Origin: an uncultured Bacilli bacterium
Lineage (GTDB): Bacteria; Bacillota_I; Bacilli_A; RF39; UBA660
Assembly (NCBI GenBank): GCA_947626095.1
Contig: CANQQV010000002.1
Location: forward strand, 1 to 64,000
DNA: 64,000 bases
Reading direction: 5' to 3'
Part shown: one piece after another, positions 19,579-29,493 of the stretch
Layout of the letters: each line of letters begins with the position of its first letter
How positions within the stretch are numbered: position 1 is the first letter of the stretch
Notes under the pieces: model-generated
Told to the model about the DNA's origin: nothing
The model's input: the letters and a program-made list of their open reading frames with translations, nothing else
The model's database searches: none
Position numbers and translations under genes: made by a program

Positions 19579-20502
19579 TTAAGCAGACGTATTATTAGTT
19601 GATGAGCCACTATCAACTTGAGTTAAACTAAGCATATTGGCTTCTAATTTGTAATATATATCATAATTGTTCATTGTACCATTATTAAGAATTAATAATT
19701 CGATTGTACTATTATTAAAGAATGGACGATAAACAATAGTAAATGGTTTAGTTCCATACATTGTATTAAAGATTAACCAATTATTATTACCTATTGTTTG
19801 TTCACCATATTCAGTAATAACGTAATCTCTTTCTTCCCATTGAGCTTTTACTTCGTCTTTTCGTTTAACATATGTAGCATACGGATTAGAATGGTAAATA
19901 GATAAGACAAATTCGATACCATCAGTCTGACTTTCAAAGATTAAGGATTCTTGTTCTTGTTTAACTGTATAACCATCAATAAGTGGAAATAAGTAACCTT
20001 CAAATGATTTAGTTTTAAAAGTCTCTTCTGGTGGAGTAATAGGATTTTCAGGATCCTCTGGGTCTTCAGGATCTTCAGGATCTTCTGGATCTTCAGGAGT
20101 TGTTGGCAATTCTGGTTTACTAGGTGTTTTACCTTCATCGCCACCTAAAACTATTCCACCATCATCACCAGTAATTGTTTTGGGTTCAGGAGTTAAGATT
20201 TTAACTAAAACAATTCCAAAACCAATTAGAAGAATAACAGCGATTATAGCGGCGATTAAATATTTAGTTTTATCATCATCTTTATTGCTAGTAGAAGTTG
20301 TTTTTTTGGTATTACTAAAGAAAGAAATATTGTCATTATTAGAAGGCATCGAAGTTTTAGAACTAGAAGGAAAACTACTTATTTTATCTTCAGCACTACT
20401 AAAGGAATCACCAACATAACTGTGATAATCTACAACAACACCACATACATGACATGTAGTATCGCCAGGTTTTAGTTCTGAACCACAGATTTTACATTTC
20501 AT
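19579..20502 (-). CDS. Zinc-ribbon single-pass membrane protein with a (PED)n linker
   Basis: N-terminal CxxC..CxxC, one TM segment and a PEDPEDPED tandem repeat. Confidence 0.7.
   Translation of the reverse strand: MKCKICGSELKPGDTTCHVCGVVVDYHSYVGDSFSSAEDKISSFPSSSKTSMPSNNDNISFFSNTKKTTSTSNKDDDKTKYLIAAIIAVILLIGFGIVLVKILTPEPKTITGDDGGIVLGGDEGKTPSKPELPTTPEDPEDPEDPEDPEDPENPITPPEETFKTKSFEGYLFPLIDGYTVKQEQESLIFESQTDGIEFVLSIYHSNPYATYVKRKDEVKAQWEERDYVITEYGEQTIGNNNWLIFNTMYGTKPFTIVYRPFFNNSTIELLILNNGTMNNYDIYYKLEANMLSLTQVDSGSSTNNTSA
20044..20097 (-). repeat. 9-bp coding tandem repeat (Pro-Glu-Asp)x5-6
   Basis: Imperfect ggatcttca units on the plus strand. Confidence 0.8.
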
Positions 20503-20605
20503 TATGCCTTCTCCTTTCTTTCTATACTTCTCTACTATTTAAAGTATAACACATTTGCTTTTTTTTTAACCAAAAAAAAGCAGGACTTAACACCTGCCTT
20601 ACTTA

Positions 20606-21676
20606 TTAGTAATCGTCTCTATTTCTTAAGAATGGTGGAATATCAACATTATCGAATTCATCTTCATCATTCATATAAGAAGTATTTTGTGGTAAATCAT
20701 TATCTAATCCACCACCAACTTGTTCTCTGGCATCGTCAAAACCAGTAGCTATAACAGTAACGATAACTTCATCATTTAAATTTTCATTAATTACTGCACC
20801 AAAGATAGTATTAATATCAGTATTTGCAGCATTTCTAACAACTTCGGCAGCATCTTCAGCTTCAAATAAAGTTAGAGAATTACCACCAGTAATATTTATA
20901 ATGGCATCAGTAGCACCATCGATTGTAGTTTCAAGTAATGGTGAAGCAACAGCTTGTTTAGCAGCTTCAATAGCACGATCTTCACCAACACCAATACCAA
21001 TACCGATTATGGCATTACCTCTATTTTGCATAACGGCTTTAACATCAGCAAAGTCTAGGTTAACTAAACCAGATACAGCAATCAAATCAGAAATAGATTG
21101 AACACCTCTTCTTAAAACGTTATCAACTTCTTTAAAGGCTTCTAAGATAGGAGTTGTACGATCAATCATATCTCTTAAACGGTCATTAGGAATAACGATT
21201 ATGGTATCAACATGTTTCTTTAATTCTTCAAGACCAACTTCAGCTTGTTCCATTCTTTTACGACCTTCGAATTTGAATGGTTTAGTAACAATAGCAACAG
21301 TTAAGGCGCCTTGTTCTTGAGCTATTTCAGCTACTATAGGAGCAGCACCAGTACCAGTACCACCACCTAAGCCACAAGTAACAAAGATCATATCAGCACC
21401 AGCTAAAGCTTCTTCGATTTCTTTTTTACTTTCTAGAGCTGCTTCACGTCCTATTTCAGGATTAGCACCAGCTCCTAAACCTTCTGTTATACTTTTTCCT
21501 ATTTGTAATTTAGTTTCAGCATTACTAACATTTAATACTTGCAAATCAGTATTAGCAACAATAAATTCAACACCGCCAACTCCTGATTCTATCATACGAT
21601 TAACAGCGTTACAACCGCCGCCACCGACACCGATGACTTTAATCTTAGCTATTTGATCTCTTTCTAATTCTTGCAT
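20606..21676 (-). CDS. ftsZ: Cell division protein FtsZ
   Basis: GGGTGTG, NLDFADV and the C-terminal DIPPFLR peptide. Confidence 0.98.
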   Translation of the reverse strand: MQELERDQIAKIKVIGVGGGGCNAVNRMIESGVGGVEFIVANTDLQVLNVSNAETKLQIGKSITEGLGAGANPEIGREAALESKKEIEEALAGADMIFVTCGLGGGTGTGAAPIVAEIAQEQGALTVAIVTKPFKFEGRKRMEQAEVGLEELKKHVDTIIVIPNDRLRDMIDRTTPILEAFKEVDNVLRRGVQSISDLIAVSGLVNLDFADVKAVMQNRGNAIIGIGIGVGEDRAIEAAKQAVASPLLETTIDGATDAIINITGGNSLTLFEAEDAAEVVRNAANTDINTIFGAVINENLNDEVIVTVIATGFDDAREQVGGGLDNDLPQNTSYMNDEDEFDNVDIPPFLRNRDDY

Positions 21677-21690
21677 TATAATCCTCCTTA

Positions 21691-22929
21691 TTAACCATTA
21701 AATATGTAACCGAACAACTTACCCATAATACTTTCATTTTCTTCGGCTAAGATAGTTCCACTTAATTCTTGTTGTTCTTCTATAGTAAACATTGAATAAT
21801 CTTTATCTTTTAACTTAGCATTATATGAATAATACTTAAGTAATCCTAAACAAGAGCTATATTTATTATTGCGGACACCGATTTCCATATTCTTACCAAT
21901 GATAGCATTATTACCATATACATCTTGTAAAGCAAGAGGGAAATCTTTAAACTCCGTCAATCCTCCTGTAAATATTATATAACTTATTTCTTTTTTTGTT
22001 AAGCTATTTATTTCTTTCTTCGTGATATTTAGTATTTCTAACAAACGACTCATAGTTACTTCACTAACTTCTAATTGATTAAGAGAAATAACTCTTGATG
22101 ATTTATCTTCAACAGTTATGACGTCACTTGTTTGGGCCATATTCTTATGAGCTAAAGCAAAATTTTCTTTAAGATCTTTAGCAGTATTTAAAGGTACTTT
22201 ATAGATAAAGGAAATATCATTATCAATATTTTGACCACCTAAGTTTAAAACTTTAGAATTAGTTAGAACGCCTTTATTAAAGATAGCAATTGTAGTTGTT
22301 TCATCACCTAAATTAATAACGGCCCCTACTTCTTTATCAAGTTCTTTAGTTTTGTATTCGTAATAATCACCTAAAGAAGATAAAGCAATATCAACAACAT
22401 CAATACCCAATTTTTCTAAACAAGCTAAAATGGGATAAATATTTTTTTTAGGAGTTCTAACCATTACCCCTCTTACAGACATCGTTCTAGAAGTTAAACC
22501 TTTAGGATCTTTAACAACACGATTATCATCTAAAGCAAAACTAGTAGGAATCATAGATATATATTCTAAATCTTCACTACGAACTGATTTAACGGCTTTT
22601 TGAATAACATGAATAACATCTTTACCATCGATTAAGTTACCTTCATTATTAATATTAATATTACCCATAACAACAGAGTATGAAGCGTTCATAGCTGGAA
22701 CAGAAACAATCATTTGATGAATAGGAAGACCAATTACTTCTTCGCATTTAGCGATAACACTTTTTAAAGGTGTCATTAAAGCATTAGCGTCTTCAACAAG
22801 GCCATCTTTTACACCTTTTCCTTCTGCTTCAGCAACGGCTAGGATATTTAATTTTTTCTTAACTATTTCACCAACAACTAGTTTAACAGTGTCTGTGCCA
22901 ACATCTAAACAAGCCATTATCTTTCGCAT
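21691..22929 (-). CDS. ftsA: Cell division protein FtsA
   Basis: LDVGT actin-like motif; lies directly upstream of ftsZ. Confidence 0.92.
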   Translation of the reverse strand: MRKIMACLDVGTDTVKLVVGEIVKKKLNILAVAEAEGKGVKDGLVEDANALMTPLKSVIAKCEEVIGLPIHQMIVSVPAMNASYSVVMGNININNEGNLIDGKDVIHVIQKAVKSVRSEDLEYISMIPTSFALDDNRVVKDPKGLTSRTMSVRGVMVRTPKKNIYPILACLEKLGIDVVDIALSSLGDYYEYKTKELDKEVGAVINLGDETTTIAIFNKGVLTNSKVLNLGGQNIDNDISFIYKVPLNTAKDLKENFALAHKNMAQTSDVITVEDKSSRVISLNQLEVSEVTMSRLLEILNITKKEINSLTKKEISYIIFTGGLTEFKDFPLALQDVYGNNAIIGKNMEIGVRNNKYSSCLGLLKYYSYNAKLKDKDYSMFTIEEQQELSGTILAEENESIMGKLFGYIFNG

Positions 22930-23041
22930 CTTCACCACTCCATATTATACTAAAGATAATTATACCTTAATCTTAATTAGTTTTCAACAAAATGAAGATA
23001 AAAAGCCCGTTTAGTAGCCAAAAAAAAGTAATCACGAATGA

Positions 23042-23572
23042 TTACTTAAGAGCTTCTAGTAATTCAGCTTTTTTCATTGAAGTATAGTTTTCTACACCTT
23101 TAGCTTTAGCAGCTTCTTTTAATTCAGCAACTGTCATTTTAGAATAATCTTGAGCTTCAGCTTTTACTTCTTCTTTTTTAGGTGCTTTAGTTTCCTTTTT
23201 AGGAGCAACTACTTTACCAGCTAAAGCATCTTTAGAAACTTTAACTAATTCAGCAAAAGCAGCAGGATCATCAATAGCAATTGTACTTAACATTTTTCTA
23301 TTTACTTCAACGCCAGCTTTATTTAAACCATTAATGAATTTAGAGTAACTGATATCATTTTCACGACATGCAGCATTGATTCTTTGAATCCATAATTTTC
23401 TAAAGTTTCTCTTATTTTGTTTTCTGTCTCTAAAAGCATATACACCACTATGGAATGTTTGTTCTTGAGCAGTTTTAAATAATCTGTGTTTAGAACCAAA
23501 ATAACCTTTAGCAGCTTTTAATACTTTTCTTCTTCTATTTTTAGCGACATTTCCGCCTTTAACTCTTGTCAT
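23042..23572 (-). CDS. rplT: 50S ribosomal protein bL20 with a C-terminal Rho-N-like (HeH) extension
   Basis: [18 protein letters not shown] core, plus the tail [34 protein letters not shown]. Confidence 0.95.
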   Translation of the reverse strand: MTRVKGGNVAKNRRRKVLKAAKGYFGSKHRLFKTAQEQTFHSGVYAFRDRKQNKRNFRKLWIQRINAACRENDISYSKFINGLNKAGVEVNRKMLSTIAIDDPAAFAELVKVSKDALAGKVVAPKKETKAPKKEEVKAEAQDYSKMTVAELKEAAKAKGVENYTSMKKAELLEALK

Positions 23573-23593
23573 TTCAAACTTCCCCTCTCTTTA

Positions 23594-23788
23594 CTAGATA
23601 AAGTCTTTAAGACGTCTAGTATTTCCTTTACTTAGAACACCTTTAGTTCTTCTTTTTCTAACAGCTTTAGCTGTGTCTTTACCAGTTTTATGATTACCAT
23701 TAGATTTTTTATAAACTAATTCACCATTTTTCTTAGCTTTTAATACTTTACTAGATGCTTTATGTGTTTTTTGTTTACATTTTCCCAT
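23594..23788 (-). CDS. rpmI: 50S ribosomal protein bL35
   Basis: Basic 64-aa protein (KQKTHK) between infC and rplT. Confidence 0.85.
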   Translation of the reverse strand: MGKCKQKTHKASSKVLKAKKNGELVYKKSNGNHKTGKDTAKAVRKRRTKGVLSKGNTRRLKDFI

Positions 23789-23811
23789 AATATACTTCCT
23801 CTTTCTAAATA

Positions 23812-24336
23812 TTATTTTTTAGGTGCTAATAACATAATCATTGTACGACCTTCTAATTTTGGTTGAGCTTCAATAGAAGATACTTCATTTAATTCATCAG
23901 CGAAACGAATCATTACTTCTTTACCTAGTTCTGGGCGATCAATACGACGTCCTTTAAATCTAATCGTAACTTTAATCTTATGGCCTTTAACTAAGTAATC
24001 ATAAGCATTTTTCTTACGAGTATTGAAGTCATGGATATCAATATTTGGACTTAATTGATATTCTTTAACATCTTTATTACTCTCTCTTTGTTTCTTTTGT
24101 GATTCTTTAAGTCTCTTCTGTTTTTCATAACGATATTTATTGTAATCCATAATCTTACCAACAGCAGGAACAGCATTACCGCTCATTAAGACTAAATCTA
24201 AACCTGCATAGTTAGCTAGAGTTAATGCATCAGCTAATTTTTTAACGCCCATTTGTTCTCCATTTGGACCAATTACCATTAGTTCTGCAACTCTAATTTG
24301 ATCATTAATTAACATATCATTTTTATCCTTTGCCAA
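23812..24336 (-). CDS. infC: Translation initiation factor IF-3 (TTG start)
   Basis: INDQIR, MDYNKYRYE and IRFKGR; GGAGG RBS. Confidence 0.95.
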   Translation of the reverse strand: MAKDKNDMLINDQIRVAELMVIGPNGEQMGVKKLADALTLANYAGLDLVLMSGNAVPAVGKIMDYNKYRYEKQKRLKESQKKQRESNKDVKEYQLSPNIDIHDFNTRKKNAYDYLVKGHKIKVTIRFKGRRIDRPELGKEVMIRFADELNEVSSIEAQPKLEGRTMIMLLAPKK

Positions 24337-24344
24337 AAATTAGC

Positions 24345-24485
24345 ACCTCCACACAATTAAAAAGGGCGAACATCTAGTATCCACCCATTAAAAACAAAAT
24401 AAAAATAAATTTTATTTAGCTCTTTACCTATCGTAACTCACTACAATCAGGTGGATGTGGATACATCGCTTTCTTTTCAATAACA
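24345..24485 (-). ncRNA. Probable L20 leader (ribosomal-protein autoregulatory leader)
   Basis: About 150-nt structured leader between a TTGACA-N17-TATAAT promoter (24520-24492) and infC, ending in a GGGTGGATAC...GCCCTTTT hairpin. This position is typical for the L20 leader in Bacillota. Confidence 0.6.
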
Positions 24486-24577
24486 AGATAGATTATATAC
24501 TAATTATTTACAGTTGTCAACTTTTTTATTTAATATATACAATAATATAAATATTAAACTTATAACATATTTATGAT

Positions 24578-26449
24578 TTATTTTAATATTAGTTTTTGAT
24601 AAACAATATCAGTAGTTGCAACTAACTTGTCTTTTAAAATTAATGGTTTAAAAACAATATATTTAATATTAGCATCTTCAGCAAAATATACTTTCATATG
24701 CCATGCTCCATTATTAAAACGATCATGCCATAATGAAGGAACCGTACAAATACCATTTAAAGGATCTAAACCACTACGATGGAAATGACCAAGTATATCA
24801 ATATATGAATTAGTTCTTTTGCGATTAACGTTATTATAGTATGAATCTAATGATTGACTTAGGGCATCGTTATCAAATCTTTCGTCTAAGACGGGATCAA
24901 TAAATTTAGCAGCTGGATGATGTAACATAAAGCTATGAAAAATATTAGTTTGACCATTAAAGGTAATGGTAGCATGATCGTAACCTAGATCAATAAAATC
25001 ACGACGTCCTTCAGTTAACATTTTTATGGCATCAAAGCCATAACCTAAGGCATCTTTATCATGATTGCCACCTAAGATAGCATGATAAACATCATCACTC
25101 GTTGGTAATTTACTAATGGCTTTTTCCACAATTTTTTTACTACCAGTTAAACCTTTTAGCATTTCTGTTTTAAATGGATATTTAAAGCAAAAGAAATCGC
25201 CAGCATTTAATATTATTTTAATATTATTAGCAGCACAGTAATCAAGAATTTTATCATAATCACTAATAATTGCTTCGTCGATGATAGAAAGATGTAAGTC
25301 AGAAAGTAATAAAATATCATAGCTTTTGCAATCAGCTGGAAGCCCTATATCAAATGTTTCATTATAGTTGATACTAGGTGGAACAATAACATATTTAAGT
25401 GTTGGTGAAAGACCAGCAGTTACAATGTTTAAGCCTTGCTTTAATTCATTAATATAAGATAATACTTCATCAATTGTTACTTCGTATCCTTTAAGTGCCA
25501 AATCAGTGTATAATTCATCTAAGATTAAACAACCAGAAGTTAATTTGGCTAAAATAAGTTCTTTTATTTCTTCTTTTTGAGTTTCCTTTTCAGCTTGTTG
25601 CATTTCTAATAAAGATTCTCGGCGTTCTTTATCAGCATACAGTTTTAGAGTTTCTTCTTTACTTGTTAATAAGCTTTCTAATTCGTTTATTTTACTAGAT
25701 AGAATTGTTACTTCTTCTTTTAAGGACGTAATAAGTGTTTGTAAATCATTATTAGTACTATTTAAACTATTATTGTCATTTTCTAATTCAGTTAGTCTTT
25801 TTTGTAACTCATTAATAGTTTTAGTTAATTCTTTTTGTTTACTATTTAATTTATTTATTTCTTGTTGGCTTTTTTGAGCTGCTTCATTAGCTAATCTAGT
25901 TTCTTCTGTCTTTTTACTAACAGCTTTTTCTTGATCTTTATTTTTTTTACTTAAAGCTTCATAAGAACTTGTTAATTCTTTTAGCTCTTTAGTTAATTGT
26001 TTTATTTGATCTTGTAAACTATTTATTTCTTTGATATAAGCGATTACTTGTTCTTCGTTAGCAATAGGATATTTTTGCTGTAAATAATTATCTAATACAT
26101 TTATTTCAGTATCTAATTCTTCTACTTTATCTAAACCATTACGCATTAAATAATTATTGTATGTTTCTTTAATTAATCTGATTTGGCCGATTAAAACTTC
26201 ATCAGGATTTTTAAGCCAACTTAATAAAGTACTAACAACAGAAACACATTTACTTAATAAACTTTTGGAAGCGTTATCCTTGTTTAAATCGTTAATAGTA
26301 TATTGAGTAAGAAATTCAATTAGCTCTTGATAACTTGCTTTGCGCCCTTTACTTAGTACTTGGCAAATATCAAGATAATAGATATGACCCATAGGTGTAT
26401 CTTTCAAGTATTTAATAACTTTAATTTTTTCATATGATGTTAGAGCCAT
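24578..26449 (-). CDS. Coiled-coil protein fused to a C-terminal calcineurin-like metallophosphoesterase
   Basis: Long heptad region, followed by SDLH, AGD, GNHD, HHP and GHFH motifs; GAGGGG RBS before the ATG at 26449. Confidence 0.75.
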   Translation of the reverse strand: MALTSYEKIKVIKYLKDTPMGHIYYLDICQVLSKGRKASYQELIEFLTQYTINDLNKDNASKSLLSKCVSVVSTLLSWLKNPDEVLIGQIRLIKETYNNYLMRNGLDKVEELDTEINVLDNYLQQKYPIANEEQVIAYIKEINSLQDQIKQLTKELKELTSSYEALSKKNKDQEKAVSKKTEETRLANEAAQKSQQEINKLNSKQKELTKTINELQKRLTELENDNNSLNSTNNDLQTLITSLKEEVTILSSKINELESLLTSKEETLKLYADKERRESLLEMQQAEKETQKEEIKELILAKLTSGCLILDELYTDLALKGYEVTIDEVLSYINELKQGLNIVTAGLSPTLKYVIVPPSINYNETFDIGLPADCKSYDILLLSDLHLSIIDEAIISDYDKILDYCAANNIKIILNAGDFFCFKYPFKTEMLKGLTGSKKIVEKAISKLPTSDDVYHAILGGNHDKDALGYGFDAIKMLTEGRRDFIDLGYDHATITFNGQTNIFHSFMLHHPAAKFIDPVLDERFDNDALSQSLDSYYNNVNRKRTNSYIDILGHFHRSGLDPLNGICTVPSLWHDRFNNGAWHMKVYFAEDANIKYIVFKPLILKDKLVATTDIVYQKLILK

Positions 26450-26529
26450 AATTATCCCCTCATTTATAAAGACTAGTTTATAAATTATATAATCTTTTGT
26501 CAATCAAAAAGAATTAGTTTTTGGAATAA

Positions 26530-28557
26530 CTAATCCTTTTTTGTTGAATAAACAATTAATTCATGTTGAGCTCTCGTACAAGCAACGTATAGTAAATTCT
26601 TTTCATCTTTTAAATATTTACTATCTTTATCACTATAAACAATAACACTATCAAATTCTAATCCTTTAGCTAGATAAGCTGGTAAAACAACTAGTTCTTT
26701 ATTAAATTCTTCAGTTTGACTATTTAAAAGAGAGATTGGTAATTTATCTTGTAAATTTTCATAAACTCTTAAAGCAGTATTATTATCACGAGTAATAACC
26801 GCAACTGATTTATATTTATTCTTTAAATAGTTGATATCACTTTCTAAGGTATCAATGTTGGTACGATGAATTAAAGGAACTTTTTCCGTCTTTCTTATCG
26901 CACAAACATGATTAAGTCCTAGTATTTTATTAGTAAATTCAATTATTTCTGGACTTGAACGATAAGTCTTAGTTAAGCTAATACATTTACTTTGCGGAAA
27001 TAAAGGAGCAATAATATCTAATGATTTATATTTATAATATGGATTAATAGTTTGATTGACATCGCCTAAGATGGTAAAGTTACTATTTCTGAATATTTTA
27101 CTGATAATTAAATACTGTAAATAACTATAATCTTGAGCTTCATCAATAACGACTTGTCTTATATTTCCTTCATAAGGAAAGCCTTCTAATAAACCTTTAA
27201 TGTAGACAAGTAATAAGGCATCTTCGTAACCAATCGTTTTACTTTTATTAAATTTTCTTATATCTTCATCATTCATTCTTATTTTACAGTAATCACTAGC
27301 AAAGAACTCTAAGTAAATGTCTTTGTAATCACGAGTAAAACTACTATTTTCCATTATTAGTTTTTTATATGTCGGTTTCTTTTTAGTGCTTCCTTTGTAG
27401 TTAGCTTCACTTAATTTTTCAGCGATTAAGTCAATTCGCTCAAAGAAAGGTAAAGTATTATAACGATTATGAATTAAATCATTTAGTTCGTCTTTAGAAA
27501 CATCATATATTTTATTTTCAGTAAAATCTTTTAAAACACGAGCTTTTCTAATATAGTCTTCAATATATAAATTAATATCGTTGATTATACTATCGCTTTG
27601 CTTATATTTTATTAATTCAATATTATTTACTTTTTCGGAATAATATTTACCAATAAAGTCCATAAATGGTTCAACATCATTAAATTCAGTAATTGTGTGA
27701 CTTAAATATTCATTAAAAGTTGTTTGTAAAGTATTATCTTCACCAAGTTCTGGTAAGACGTTGGAAATATACTCGGTAAAGATTTGATTAGGAGAAAAGA
27801 TTAAAACATTATTACTAGTTAAATTTTTTATTTTATATAGCAAGAATGCTATACGGTGTAAAGCAACACTTGTTTTACCACTACCAGCAATACCAGATAC
27901 AATTAAGGTTTTATCACGAACATTACGAATGACATTATTTTGTTCTTGTTGAATGGTATTAACAATATTTTTCATTTTATCATTACTATCACTAGCTAAT
28001 ACTTCTTGTAGTAAATCATCATCAATATTCATAGAATTATCAAAGGCACTTAATAATTTGCGATTTTCAATTTTATATTGTCTTTTACGAAGTAAATTAC
28101 CAGTAATTGGTCCTTCAGGTGCAGCATAAGCAGCTTTACCTACTTCAAAGTCATAGAATAAACTACATATTGGACTACGCCAGTCATAGATGATATTACC
28201 ATAGTCATCATCTTTTAAATAAGTAAGACCTAAATAAACACTATATTTTTCTTTGTTTTCATCTTCAAAAACAATAGAAGCAAAATATGGATTATCTTTA
28301 ATACGATATAGCTTTTTAAAATAATCTTGTTTCATTATTATTTTATTAGCTTCAAATTCAGAATCTGCTTTCGCTTGATTAAGTTCTTGTGCATCCATCG
28401 CTCGCATATTATCCCAAGTATATCTTCTGAATTCCTTATACTTGTCTTCATCTTCAAAGATGTCTTCACCCATTTCAGATAGTTTGTCATCAAGTAGTTT
28501 TAAGACCTCTTCAAGTCTACGCTCTTCTAGTTTGAAATCTCGCCCAGTTATGGCCAT
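26530..28557 (-). CDS. helD: RNA polymerase recycling motor HelD (UvrD-like)
   Basis: PYFA, DWRSP, TIQQEQ, GIAGSGKT, DEAQD, KGLEFD and YVACTRA. Confidence 0.85.
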   Translation of the reverse strand: MAITGRDFKLEERRLEEVLKLLDDKLSEMGEDIFEDEDKYKEFRRYTWDNMRAMDAQELNQAKADSEFEANKIIMKQDYFKKLYRIKDNPYFASIVFEDENKEKYSVYLGLTYLKDDDYGNIIYDWRSPICSLFYDFEVGKAAYAAPEGPITGNLLRKRQYKIENRKLLSAFDNSMNIDDDLLQEVLASDSNDKMKNIVNTIQQEQNNVIRNVRDKTLIVSGIAGSGKTSVALHRIAFLLYKIKNLTSNNVLIFSPNQIFTEYISNVLPELGEDNTLQTTFNEYLSHTITEFNDVEPFMDFIGKYYSEKVNNIELIKYKQSDSIINDINLYIEDYIRKARVLKDFTENKIYDVSKDELNDLIHNRYNTLPFFERIDLIAEKLSEANYKGSTKKKPTYKKLIMENSSFTRDYKDIYLEFFASDYCKIRMNDEDIRKFNKSKTIGYEDALLLVYIKGLLEGFPYEGNIRQVVIDEAQDYSYLQYLIISKIFRNSNFTILGDVNQTINPYYKYKSLDIIAPLFPQSKCISLTKTYRSSPEIIEFTNKILGLNHVCAIRKTEKVPLIHRTNIDTLESDINYLKNKYKSVAVITRDNNTALRVYENLQDKLPISLLNSQTEEFNKELVVLPAYLAKGLEFDSVIVYSDKDSKYLKDEKNLLYVACTRAQHELIVYSTKKD

Positions 28558-28710
28558 TGTACCACCCTCTCTTTACACAAAACAAAACTCCACTATATCT
28601 TTTTTGGCGTAAAAATCCCCTATAGTGGTCTAAACTTCAAAAACCAATTGTCAAAGTAAAAAGTCTATTTAAGTATACAATTTTTTTGACATTATTGCAA
28701 GGGAGAAAAA

Positions 28711-28738
28711 GAAAAAATCTACAAAAGTAGATTTTTTT
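28711..28738 (-). terminator. Terminator ending the T7SS substrate region
   Basis: AAAAATCTAC-AAAA-GTAGATTTTT hairpin. Confidence 0.75.
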
Positions 28739-28739
28739 C

Positions 28740-29009
28740 TTATTTGCTTGTAATAGCTTCTAATTTATCTATGAAATCTAATGATTCGTTGTTTCTAAAT
28801 CCAGTAAAGCAAACTTCATCAATTTGATCAATATCAAATAATGCAACACCACTTGATTCTATAATTCCTTCTGGATAAGGGCAACCTCTATAATCGAAAG
28901 TTTTATCTTTTCTTTCTGCAGCCACTGCACAATATCCATTAATCATTATTTTGTGAGTACCGCCTTTTAATAAGACAACACTACCTATTGGTAAATATTT
29001 TTCTTTCAT
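28740..29009 (-). CDS. DUF4176 family protein (T7SS accessory)
   Basis: LPIGSVVLLKGG..KIMING..DYRGCPYPEG..F..DQIDEV.F.G. Confidence 0.85.
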   Translation of the reverse strand: MKEKYLPIGSVVLLKGGTHKIMINGYCAVAAERKDKTFDYRGCPYPEGIIESSGVALFDIDQIDEVCFTGFRNNESLDFIDKLEAITSK

Positions 29010-29026
29010 AATAATACCCCTTCCTT

Positions 29027-29467
29027 TTATTGCTCATCTAAGGAATTAAAGTCAAACTTCTTAGATTGTCCACCTGAAATTTTTTCTGTAGTATATTTAG
29101 CACGCATTTCAGAAGCAGATAGAGGATTAGTTGGAGCTTTTCTTGCTCTACCTCGTCTTTTAGAGCCACCTGAAGAAGCGTCTCCTCCTTCTAAGCCATT
29201 ACTAAATTTAACTTCAGAGCTTATATCTCTATTAATATAATCTTCATATTCGTCAGTTTTATAACCTATGAAGCAAACTTCATCAATTTGATCATGATTG
29301 AATAATAAGTAGATATTTTCTAAAAAGCCTTCAGGGAAAATACAGCCATTGTAATCGTAAACTTTTTCATCGTCGTCACCCTTAGATGAATATCCACAAA
29401 TCATTACTTTTCTCGTACCACCTTCAAGCAAAACGACTGTACCTATAGGTAAAAGCCCTTTTCTCAT
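29027..29467 (-). CDS. DUF4176 family protein with a C-terminal extension
   Basis: LPIGTVVLL..DYNGCIFPEG..FNHDQIDEVCFIGY. Confidence 0.85.
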   Translation of the reverse strand: MRKGLLPIGTVVLLEGGTRKVMICGYSSKGDDDEKVYDYNGCIFPEGFLENIYLLFNHDQIDEVCFIGYKTDEYEDYINRDISSEVKFSNGLEGGDASSGGSKRRGRARKAPTNPLSASEMRAKYTTEKISGGQSKKFDFNSLDEQ

Positions 29468-29493
29468 TTTAATCACCAACCATCTATTATTTT

